A DNA stretch of 64,000 nt from an uncultured virus (IMG/VR IMGVR_UViG_3300044693_000183) (taxonomy: Duplodnaviria > Heunggongvirae > Uroviricota > Caudoviricetes): the IMG/VR virus record IMGVR_UViG_3300044693_000183; one strand, written 5' to 3'. A program made the translations under genes and the position numbers. Positions within the stretch are counted from its first letter, which is position 1, and every line of letters begins with the position of its first letter. The notes under the pieces are model-generated. The model saw only the letters and a program-made list of their open reading frames with translations. It searched no databases and was not told the DNA's origin. Shown in pieces: positions 47,928-56,752 of this stretch.

Positions 47928-49480
47928 TTCCTCGATTCGGCGAGCGCCAGATCGGCCAACAGTTCGGCTCGCTCGGTGTCATCAACAGTCCCGAGCAAGT
48001 CCTCGGCGACCTTGTCAAGGGATTGACCGCGACCAAGACGGCCCATCACTGACCGGAAGTACTTGCCCGGCTTGGGCTTCTCGGGTGTGGGCGGTGGCGC
48101 GGCGGGAGAAGGCGGCGTGGGAGGTGGAGAAGCCCCGGCAGGCTCGGCGGGAGCTGGCGGCTCCGGCGGATCCTGGGCGTCCTCGAAGTCCTGTGGAACC
48201 AGTTGGGCCGTCGGCCCAGACACGGCAATGGACTCCTTGATGGACCCCAACGGCTGCATCGCGCTGTTCGCGTACAACTCGTTCGTCTCAGGCCCAGCAT
48301 CGTTGAGGTCAAACCACGGCCTCACTTCGGCGGGCTTCGCGATGCCGTTCGTCACCAGGGAAACGGCGGTGGTGGCGCGGGTCTCGATGTTGCCGCGCAG
48401 CACCTCGTCCACGGCGAACCGGGCGAACAGGTTCCCCGCGAACTCGGTTTTCAGGTCGGTGTCGAGCAGGGACTCCAGGTCCTCGATGAGGGGGGCCATG
48501 GAGTCTCGGTAAAAGGACCGCATCTGCTCGGTGATGTTGGAGAACGTCGCGTTGTCGGTGATCTGTAGGACGGGCGGGGGCATGTCGAAGACGCCCGCGA
48601 CCTCTTCCCGGTTGATCTTCCGGGTCTCGATGTAGCTGAGTTCCTCAGCCGTCAGCTGGAACGGCATCGCCGTCATGCCTTGCGGCAGCACGATCGTCGA
48701 CCCAGCGTTGTCCGAACCGGCGTGGATCGCGTCGAACTCCTGCTTGATCCGCTTCCCGATCTCCGGTTTCAACGCCTTATCGACAGACAGCGCCAGCGAG
48801 GGGCGGCCCATGTTGCGGAACATCGCCGCCTGCGCCCTACGCGCCGAATCCTCCGACATGATCGTCGACCGCAACGGCTCCAGCAGAGACCAGCCACGCA
48901 TCTCCGTGTCAGGGTTGTACCGCTTCCACGCCATCACGTCCGTCACATCAGCCGTGAGGAACCCATACGTCGCGGTGCCCAGAGTGAAGATGTAGCGCAG
49001 ATCCCCCGACTTCGCGCCCTTCCACTCACCATCGTTCGCGGCGCGCTGGATGAACGTCCGCGACGGGTGCATCGGCAGCAGATGCGTGACCTGCTTCGTC
49101 TTCGGGTCCCTCAGCTTGTAGGCGAACGCCTCACCATAGATGTCGTACGTCGACACATACCAGCGCCAAAACGCGTACGGAGACATGAACGGGCACGGCT
49201 GCCGCAACAGCTGCGCGTACGACGACCCAGTGTCCAGGTTCTTCCCGTTGTTCGGGGCGTTGTCCCACACACACAGCGACAACCTCGCGACAGCGTTCGC
49301 CCGCTTGTTCACCGCCGCAGCGATCCACGGCTGCGCCTTGTACAGCTCCGCGTAGTAGGCGAACCGCCTCTCCAGCCACATCCCATCTTGCGGGTAGAAG
49401 TAGCCAGTCGCCATCACGGGCGATGTCTCACCCAGGGCCTGCGGCGCGAGAGGAATCACTTGACCGCCGTTGAGGAGCAT
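47924..49480 (-). CDS. Portal protein, HK97 family
   Basis: YGEAF, PMHPSR, GSDNAG..VL..GM, EEVAGVF.MPP, ATFSNITEQ. Confidence 0.95.
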   Translation of the reverse strand: MLLNGGQVIPLAPQALGETSPVMATGYFYPQDGMWLERRFAYYAELYKAQPWIAAAVNKRANAVARLSLCVWDNAPNNGKNLDTGSSYAQLLRQPCPFMSPYAFWRWYVSTYDIYGEAFAYKLRDPKTKQVTHLLPMHPSRTFIQRAANDGEWKGAKSGDLRYIFTLGTATYGFLTADVTDVMAWKRYNPDTEMRGWSLLEPLRSTIMSEDSARRAQAAMFRNMGRPSLALSVDKALKPEIGKRIKQEFDAIHAGSDNAGSTIVLPQGMTAMPFQLTAEELSYIETRKINREEVAGVFDMPPPVLQITDNATFSNITEQMRSFYRDSMAPLIEDLESLLDTDLKTEFAGNLFARFAVDEVLRGNIETRATTAVSLVTNGIAKPAEVRPWFDLNDAGPETNELYANSAMQPLGSIKESIAVSGPTAQLVPQDFEDAQDPPEPPAPAEPAGASPPPTPPSPAAPPPTPEKPKPGKYFRSVMGRLGRGQSLDKVAEDLLGTVDDTERAELLADLALAESRK

Positions 49481-49483
49481 CGG

Positions 49484-49717
49484 TCACTCCTTCGCGGCCG
49501 TAGCCACCCGTTGCATGTAGGCCACGTTCGCCCTGTCGATCCACAACTCGCCCGGCGCCGACCGTGACCCGTTCGAGTCGATCACGTTGATGTCGGCGAA
49601 GTGGAACGACTTCGCGCAGGCGTCCAGCAGGATGCCGCTGAAGATCACCCCATCTTTGGGGGTCACCACCATGCGCTCCCGCACACACTTGCGGATGATC
49701 CGATCACGCCCAAACAC
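49484..49717 (-). CDS. Small conserved protein between terminase and portal
   Basis: FSGIL..GELWIDRANVAYMQ. Confidence 0.7.
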   Translation of the reverse strand: MFGRDRIIRKCVRERMVVTPKDGVIFSGILLDACAKSFHFADINVIDSNGSRSAPGELWIDRANVAYMQRVATAAKE

Positions 49718-49770
49718 GGGGGCTCCCCTCCGGGGCGAAGGAACACGCCAACCAGAGGGGTTGCGTGTAG

Positions 49771-51477
49771 CTAATACGTGGCGAAGCCGTCGAACTCGAA
49801 CTCTTCCTCCATGTCGGCGGCGCGCATCGCGCCATCCACCGCCATGACCAGAGACACCACGCCATCGATCTTGTAGCCGTTTTTGGCCGCTGCATTGCGG
49901 TCCGGCTTCACGTTTCCCGCCGGATCCATCATCACCGGGAACCCATCCACCTGCCAACGAATCGCGGCGTTCCCGCCATGGCGGAGCTTCGGCTCGCCAT
50001 CGTTCGCCGACCGGATGACGGTCTGGAGTTCCTTCAACGGTGGCGACATCGACGCATAGCCCTGACGGATCTCAATCAGCGGCACACCATCCGCGTACAG
50101 CTGCGACACCAGGTGACTGGAGTTCCACGGGTCGAACCCGATGCTCTCCACCTCGTACAGGTCGCACGCCTTACGGATCGCCGCGGCGATGAACGAGTAG
50201 TCCGCAACGTTCCCCGGCGTCACCGTGATCAAGCCCTGCTCGATCCACACCGACGCCATGTTCGCCGTCAGCTTGTCTAGGCGCGGCACGTTCGCCTCAG
50301 GCGTCCACAGCTGCCACGTGGCGTCGTAGCCGCCCTGGCCGTCCGGGAACAACAAACACAGCGAGCACAAGTCCGATGTGGCCGCCAAGTCCAGGCCGCC
50401 ATAGCAGGTGCGGCCCTCCAGCGCCTTCATGTCGACGGGGGCGTTGTTGCGGTCCCACTCCTCCATCAGCAGGTAACGGGCCGTCTGCTTCGTGCGGATC
50501 CCCAAGTGCAGGCGCTGAAACTCGGCCAAGTCGGCCGGGGAGTTCTTCGCCTTTGTCGCCTCGTTCCGCAGGAACTCCAGCGACGGCGACACCCCGAACC
50601 CCGGGTTAGCTTTCCGCCACGTCTCCTCGATGAACGGGTCATCGTCCTCAGTGGCAGCCCACACCACGCCGTAGTACGACGGGTCCTCGATCACGCCCGA
50701 CGCCAGGCCCTCCACGAGCTTGCGGCGCTGCGCATACACCGACTCGGTCTTGCCGTCGTCCGCAGTCGTGATGACCACGACGAGCGGCTGCCGGCGGGAA
50801 CCCGTACCAGACTCCAGAGCCTTCAACAGGTCCGGGGACTTGTGGACGTGCAACTCGTCGATGATCGCCGCGTGCACGTTGCACCCATGCAGACCATCAG
50901 CGTCGTTTGCCTCGACCTTGAAGTAAGAGCCCGATCGCGGGTGCAGGATCTTCCCCTGCAATGGCCGCAGGTTCCCCTTCAGCGCCGGCGAGTTCTGCAC
51001 CAGCTGCTTGATCGGGTCGAACAGCTTCGACGCCTGATCCTTCTTCGACGCCGCCGCGTACACCTGCGCGCCCGGTTCCCCATCCGCCGCCGTCAAGTAC
51101 AAGGCGAGGCCGCCGCAAATCGTGGTCTTTCCGTTCCGGCGAGGAACCTCGACGTACAAGTTCCGCACCACACGGACCAGCTCGGCGTCCTCGTTCGGCG
51201 CGCACCACCCAAACACGGGGGCGATGATGTACGCCACCTGCCACGGGTCCGGGTCCAGCGGGCGCCCCGACCACTTGCCCTGCGTGTGCCGCAGCACATG
51301 GAACGACGCCAACACCCTGTCCACGCGCTCCGACATGAACATCGCGCCCGGCGCGTCACCCGGTGACGGCGTGATGAACCGCGGCGGGATTGTCGGCAAC
51401 GACAAGCCCCGGCTCTGCATGTACTCAGCGACCGTCGGATCCAGCTTCAGAGCGTCCAAGTCCGCCACCCTGGACAC
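49771..51477 (-). CDS. terL: Terminase large subunit
   Basis: VPRRNGKT, IIDELH, ITTA, GLDLA, FDPW, KIDG. Confidence 0.97.
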   Translation of the reverse strand: MSRVADLDALKLDPTVAEYMQSRGLSLPTIPPRFITPSPGDAPGAMFMSERVDRVLASFHVLRHTQGKWSGRPLDPDPWQVAYIIAPVFGWCAPNEDAELVRVVRNLYVEVPRRNGKTTICGGLALYLTAADGEPGAQVYAAASKKDQASKLFDPIKQLVQNSPALKGNLRPLQGKILHPRSGSYFKVEANDADGLHGCNVHAAIIDELHVHKSPDLLKALESGTGSRRQPLVVVITTADDGKTESVYAQRRKLVEGLASGVIEDPSYYGVVWAATEDDDPFIEETWRKANPGFGVSPSLEFLRNEATKAKNSPADLAEFQRLHLGIRTKQTARYLLMEEWDRNNAPVDMKALEGRTCYGGLDLAATSDLCSLCLLFPDGQGGYDATWQLWTPEANVPRLDKLTANMASVWIEQGLITVTPGNVADYSFIAAAIRKACDLYEVESIGFDPWNSSHLVSQLYADGVPLIEIRQGYASMSPPLKELQTVIRSANDGEPKLRHGGNAAIRWQVDGFPVMMDPAGNVKPDRNAAAKNGYKIDGVVSLVMAVDGAMRAADMEEEFEFDGFATY

Positions 51478-51487
51478 CCCCTAGCGG

Positions 51488-51964
51488 TCAGCCGCTATCC
51501 GCGAACGGATTCCACTCCTGCTCGGCCGGCTTCTTCCCCCCCGCTATGCCGATCGCGCCCTCACTCGACAAGGTCAAGCCAAACTCGCGCAGCAAGAACC
51601 GCACCTGATCGGCGGCCTTCTCCTCGACGATCACCCAGCCGGCCTTGACGTCCTTGTTCTGGATGCCCTTGTCGAGCAGACCGCGATCCTTGCGAATCTC
51701 CACAGCCATACGCCACCGAGAGTAGGTCTCGCACAAGACACGCAGCGCGAACTCGTCGATCTCCCGCAGCAGATCCACCCCAGCGAGACAGGCCGTGACC
51801 TTGGCCCACATGTCCTGCCCGAAGTCGTCCAGGTCATCAGGCATGGGGGGTGGTTTGCGCTCGAACTCCGGCGTAGTCTCAATGGGCCGCCCACCACTGT
51901 CGAAGCCCTCGCGGCGTCCGCTGATGGCCTTCAGGTGGGGCGGGAGCTTCGTCGGACCCGACAT
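51488..51964 (-). CDS. terS: Terminase small subunit (P27-like)
   Basis: GP..P..LK, PP.PDDL..W, LCETY, EFGLT. Confidence 0.9.
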   Translation of the reverse strand: MSGPTKLPPHLKAISGRREGFDSGGRPIETTPEFERKPPPMPDDLDDFGQDMWAKVTACLAGVDLLREIDEFALRVLCETYSRWRMAVEIRKDRGLLDKGIQNKDVKAGWVIVEEKAADQVRFLLREFGLTLSSEGAIGIAGGKKPAEQEWNPFADSG

Positions 51965-51989
51965 GTTGACCACCACCCGGGGCGAAAGT

Positions 51990-52210
51990 CGAAAATTCTA
52001 ACCTGAGCTTGTGTGTGGGGGATTACCAAGGCGGTTCGCGAGCGGTGTTGATCTAGAGATTTCCGAGCACCCCTCGGGTACGTTTCCGCAGGTCAGACGG
52101 GGTGCGACTGATCTAGGGTTCTGTTTCCGCAGGTCAGAGGCTTGCCGGATCGGGTCTGGGCGCGTCGGCAAGGCGAGGCCCAGTCAAGATCATCCCGGGC
52201 GGGGCGGGTC
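51990..52210. other. Candidate cos/packaging region
   Basis: Non-coding stretch upstream of terS with GTTTCCGCAGGTCAGA x2 and TGATCTAG x2. Confidence 0.5.
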
Positions 52211-52309
52211 AATAGGCCGATTGAGGTAATCTCTGTGCTGCTGCGCTGCTGCCTCTGCGTGCCTGTCTGACGCCATGTCGCAGTCTGCGGTGTGCCGTGT
52301 CGGTCATGT

Positions 52310-52552
52310 TCACCTCGGCCATGGCCAGTAGCGGCGGACCCACATCATCCCGCCGACCAAGCCTTGGTGCGGCGGCTGGTACGTCGCACGCCAGCGCCGA
52401 CGGCACTCGATGCAGCGGATGATCCACCCGCTGTCTGTGCGGTTCAGGTTTTCAGGCAGCGCGCATCTATGCTTCCCGCTGGCCGACGGCTTGCGCAACA
52501 CCTCGATGTTCGAGCCGGTCAGGAGGTATGGTGGCTTCTCGTCGCCGCTCAT
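52310..52552 (-). CDS. Hypothetical Zn-ribbon protein
   Basis: HRC..CIEC; coupled. Confidence 0.6.
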   Translation of the reverse strand: MSGDEKPPYLLTGSNIEVLRKPSASGKHRCALPENLNRTDSGWIIRCIECRRRWRATYQPPHQGLVGGMMWVRRYWPWPR

Positions 52553-52803
52553 GGCGCACACTCCCCGCAGTCGCAAACCGCCGGACAGTCGCAGTCCTGG
52601 TACACATTGTTCAGGGTGACCTCTAGCCTGGTGCGCTCCCGGGAGCGTTGCAAATGGGCACACTCCGCGGCGAGGTGCGGGCCGCAAGCCCAGCTGACGA
52701 CAGCGTCGCCGTAGCGTTCGATGCGCCAAGGCGCCTTCCCGTTGCACACCGTGCAGTGGAAGGCGAGCGCGTGGCCCTGCTGGATGCGTTGTACATCAGT
52801 CAC
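52549..52803 (-). CDS. Hypothetical Cys-rich protein
   Basis: CTVC..W..ERYGDAVVSWAC..HL. Confidence 0.65.
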   Translation of the reverse strand: MTDVQRIQQGHALAFHCTVCNGKAPWRIERYGDAVVSWACGPHLAAECAHLQRSRERTRLEVTLNNVYQDCDCPAVCDCGECAP

Positions 52804-53211
52804 GGTGCACCATCCACGGTGATGCCGTAGCCGTCGGCCAACAGGATCAGCGTCCAACACGGTCCGTCTTCCTCAGTGCCCCACAGCCCACCAACCGTGC
52901 TGTTGAGCACGGGAATGGGACAGCGGTGAACCTTCTCGTGCGCTTCGAGGATGCGGCGGTCTGCTGCGCAGCGGCGCAGGACAGTGTGCGGGTCGTTGCG
53001 GACAATGTGGTCGCCGATCTGACGCCCGCGTCGTGGCAGCTGTTCAAGCACGCCCCCATGCCTTCTCGCCAGCGAAGCCGCTGTAGATCACATTGTCCGT
53101 GGCGAGCAGAGTCCAATACAGACCATCGAACTCGCCAATGGCCTTGCGTGCGTCGTCCTCAGTCTCTTCGATCTCGGCGAGGATGCGGGCAGGCAGGTCT
53201 AACGCGCTCAC
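52800..53211 (-). pseudogene. DUF6221-like gene split by a frameshift at a G5 run
   Basis: 53211-53044 and 53051-52800 join in frame if one G is removed at 53053-53057; HIVRNDP..VLR...RRIL..PC.TL.LLA..Y. Confidence 0.6.
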
Positions 53212-53593
53212 TCGTCATCACCTACAGGAGTCGAGCTCCTCAGCCACTGGCCCCACGCCGCAAGGGAGTCAACAACCTCATCCATGGTCACCGTGTAAGC
53301 GCGGAAGCGTTCCGCGATGACTTCCGGGGAGTCCATGTCATCGACGCGGAAGCCGAGGATGCTGAACTTGCCTGCTGTGCTCATGCGACAAGCTTCCACA
53401 GCGCAACCAACCCGATCAAGCCAGCGGCGGTGATGAACAGCAGAAGCACGACGATCATGGTCATACCGAGGGCCTTGGCGTGCTTGTCAGGCTGCGCTGG
53501 TTGGATGGTGGTTTCGAGTACGGCTAGGCGTTCCTCGACTGCGGCTAGGCGGTCGCCGATCGAGGTGAGCAGCGGATCTGATGCTGGCGGCAT
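53208..53593 (-). CDS. Two small coupled ORFs (53381-53593 membrane protein; 53208-53384)
   Basis: ATGA/GTGA overlaps; TM helix in the first. Confidence 0.6.
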
Positions 53594-53646
53594 CCTGCTG
53601 TCCTAACTTGGGCTCTGAATCGAGTACTTGCTCGGCATTTTCGGCA

Positions 53647-54003
53647 CTAGTGGTCCTGCCCGAACCGGTGTCCCGGCTGCGCGACGCTAGTCCAGGTGTC
53701 ATGGCATGGCTTGCACAATCCACGCCCGTACTGTGGGTCGTTCGGGTCCAGCCCCAACGCCACCAGCTCGCGCCGGGAACGCGGGTAGTGGTCCGCCACT
53801 GTGGCTCGTCGTTTGCCGCACTTGCACCACGGGTCACGAGCCAGGACCACAGCACGGAACTTGGTGCGGTGCTCCTGGTCGTAGCCGCGGTCGCTGTTCG
53901 AGCCCCGTTTGGCGTCGGCGCGCTGACGAAACTGCCGTAGGCACGACTTGCACCTACCCGACGTCGGTTTGCCGCAGCGGCCGCAACGGCGAGGAGGCTT
54001 CAC
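53647..54003 (-). CDS. Packaging-associated HNH endonuclease
   Basis: RGYD..R..VLARDPWC..ATVADH..GLCKPCH; upstream of terS. Confidence 0.88.
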   Translation of the reverse strand: MKPPRRCGRCGKPTSGRCKSCLRQFRQRADAKRGSNSDRGYDQEHRTKFRAVVLARDPWCKCGKRRATVADHYPRSRRELVALGLDPNDPQYGRGLCKPCHDTWTSVAQPGHRFGQDH

Positions 54004-54023
54004 GGGAATCGTGGGCCTCCATG

Positions 54024-55036
54024 CTATGACGCGGGCTTCCGGTCAATGACCCACTGGGACATGGCCTCGACGGGGCCGCCGGCGAACCTGCGGTATGACA
54101 TCAGCAGCTCTACCGCGCCAGCAGGTGCGTCCGGTGAGTGCACGTCCAAAATGAGCGTGTAGTTCTCGACCCGGGCGCCGGTGACGGTGATCGTCGAGTT
54201 GAGGTGCAGCTGCTGCCTCAGGAACGCGAGCGGCACGCGCAGGATGGGGCTGTGGGGTGTGGGCTCGGGGCTCGTGGCGACCGGTTCCTGAACGCCCTCG
54301 GCAGGTAGGTCCACGGTTTGTGGTCGTGGGCGTGGCTGCGGCTGGCGGGGGCGGCGCTGCTGCGTCATGACTGACTCCCTGGCGGTGGAGCGAAAAACCC
54401 GGACCGGTCGGCCTCGATCACGGCCTGCGGGGCTGGAGGGTCGGACTCGTCTGGGTCGTGGACGTCGCCGATGTCGTCGCGCAGGGCGGTAATGGCGGTG
54501 ACCATGCGGCGCATCAGCCACCACGCGGCGAGAGCGAGCAGAGCGGCCATGGTGAGGACCGATACGGCGGCGATGAGGATGGCGGCGAGCATGGCGGCTG
54601 CTCCTACGGTCCGGTTTCTCGCGCTGCCATGCGGGCCGACAGCTCGTCCAGGAACCGGTCAATGATGCTGGTGGCGCGCTCAGCCAGGACGTCTTCGCCG
54701 AGCTCGCGGTACTCGGCCCGGTACGCCGAGGCGCGCATCAACAGGTGCCGCAGCTCGGTGTCGTCAACCTGGGACACGTCCTCGTACTCGCGGATGGTGT
54801 GCTCAGCCATGGCGACCATGCCGTGTGGTGAGGTGGGTGCAGTACCAGTCATCGGCCACGCTCGCTCCAATATGTCAGGGGTGGGCGGCCAGAACGTCGA
54901 CCAGAAGGACCAGGCCAGCAAGCACCACGGCTGCGACGTCGAGCACGCGGACAACAGTGGGCTGCGGCAGTGACCGGGCGAGCGCGACGAGGAACACGGC
55001 GAGCGCGAGCAGGATGCCGAGTAAAGCCGGGCTCAT
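54024..55036 (-). CDS. Four small ORFs (54875-55036 TM, 54604-54852, 54365-54592 TM, 54024-54368)
   Basis: RBSs and overlaps; hydrophobic helices in two. Confidence 0.6.
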
Positions 55037-55070
55037 GACAACCTCCAGACCAGTGGATGGCGTAGCAAGA

Positions 55071-55745
55071 TCAGCTGGGCTTCCTCACCGGGACTGAGGT
55101 CTCATCAAACGGGAGCGTGTCCTGCATGAGACGCCTGGCGGCGACCTCGCAGTACTTCTCCTCAAGCTCGACACCGATGGCGCGACGACCAAGGATCTTC
55201 GCCGCCACCAGCGTCGAACCCGACCCAGCGAACGGATCTGCTACCACGCCATCTGGGCACTTCCCAAGCAGTGTTGTCAGCACTGAGAGTGGCTTCTCTG
55301 TGGGGTGGTGGCGTCCTTGCGACTTCGCTGGCGGAGGAGCAAGGTGCCGAAGGATGCTGCTGCCCCGCTTGCCTGTGAAGCCTTTACCGAGAACGTAGAT
55401 CTCCTCGAAATCCGGCTTCCATGGGAGGTTCAAGTCACCCATGCCAGTGTGCTCGCCCTTGTCCCAGATAAGGAGTGCGCGAGTTGCCGTTGGACGGGGC
55501 ACGGACCACCTGCCGAAGACAAGGGCCGGCTTCTGCCCCCAGGCCGACAACGCAGCGTTCCGCACTGACACGTCACGGTCTCCGGCGATCTCCAGATCGG
55601 CGAAGTCCCCCCCCCACCTGGAACGAAGCGACATCCCATATGGCGGGTCGGTAACGAGCACGTCAGCCGACAGCCAAGCGTCGATCTCGCGACAGTCGCC
55701 TTGGTAAAGCTGGACGTGCTCGTCGACGTAGTAGGGCTCGACCAC
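55071..55745 (-). CDS. DNA methyltransferase (N6-A/N4-C, beta class)
   Basis: GDC, TDPPYG, HPTEKP, DPFAGSGST, GVELEEKYC. Confidence 0.93.
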   Translation of the reverse strand: MVEPYYVDEHVQLYQGDCREIDAWLSADVLVTDPPYGMSLRSRWGGDFADLEIAGDRDVSVRNAALSAWGQKPALVFGRWSVPRPTATRALLIWDKGEHTGMGDLNLPWKPDFEEIYVLGKGFTGKRGSSILRHLAPPPAKSQGRHHPTEKPLSVLTTLLGKCPDGVVADPFAGSGSTLVAAKILGRRAIGVELEEKYCEVAARRLMQDTLPFDETSVPVRKPS

Positions 55746-56078
55746 AGGCGCCTCGCTATCGTCATGCCGATTCCGCGAGGTAAGGGGCCCCAGCCCGGCC
55801 AAGCGGACCAGGCAGCAGGCTGGGGCGGCTGCGCGCCGGGGCCCAGAGCGGTAGGCCGCACGCGGCGCGCAAGAGAAGGTGCCGACCGTCGATCCACGCC
55901 CAAAGAGATGTCGTGATGATGGAGACGGGCGCGGCCGGCAAGTGTGGATGGCCCGTTACTTATGTCCCCTCAAGGGTGCCGCGACGGCGCCAAGCGCGGC
56001 TATGACTCGCAGCCTCGGGAGCTGGAGTGTTTGTGCACCAACCCTGAGCCGCTGCCGCGGTCAGGGCTGGAGTCCATT

Positions 56079-56384
56079 TTAGAACACTGTGAGTGTGTCC
56101 AGGGACCTCAGCACCGGGATTTCCAGATTGTCGGTGATCTTCACCCACACTTGGTGTCGGCCAGTGCCCAAAGTTCCTATGGTTGAGCCGGGGCCTACCA
56201 GGATTTTCGCGTAGTACACGCCCGCATCGTTCTCCCACACTGCTGGTACCCACGTGGATGGTTGGGCACCGGCTGGCGTGATGGCGATCTGCACGACGTC
56301 CGCTGTCGGGTCTTTGCCGCCAGCTACTGTCACACCGATCTTGATGTATTCCTCGGACAGTTGGCTGATCTGCACATCCGCCAC
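56079..56384 (-). CDS. Small beta-sandwich protein, putative virion accessory
   Basis: W..A.W..AKILVGP..VWVKITDN.EIPV. Confidence 0.7.
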   Translation of the reverse strand: MADVQISQLSEEYIKIGVTVAGGKDPTADVVQIAITPAGAQPSTWVPAVWENDAGVYYAKILVGPGSTIGTLGTGRHQVWVKITDNLEIPVLRSLDTLTVF

Positions 56385-56425
56385 GGCAAGACCACCCCAC
56401 GCTTCCAGCGGGCCTCAGGCTATCG

Positions 56426-56752
56426 CTACGCGACCTCGCTCCACGATGGCAGCTGAGGGTCGTTCGTGCTGGGAATGAGACCAACACACATCACCGTGTT
56501 CGTGGGGCTGCCCCCGTACAGGCAGACACCCAAGTACGGCCTGGCCGCAGTCAGTGGGCGGTTCGTTTCGGCGAGGACAACATCCACGGTGATCGAGCCG
56601 TCCTCGGCTTGGGTGAGGGTGGCGGTGCCGATCGGGGCGCTGGTGTCGTAGTTGACAGTGAACGGCACGGTCGCTGGCACCGACCACGCGGTGGGGTTGA
56701 TGCCATAGATGGCGCCAAACGCGGCGCGGAACGCAGTGCCCTGGATGTGCAT
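56426..56752 (-). CDS. Hypothetical protein
   Basis: Abuts the repeat protein stop. Confidence 0.65.
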   Translation of the reverse strand: MHIQGTAFRAAFGAIYGINPTAWSVPATVPFTVNYDTSAPIGTATLTQAEDGSITVDVVLAETNRPLTAARPYLGVCLYGGSPTNTVMCVGLIPSTNDPQLPSWSEVA

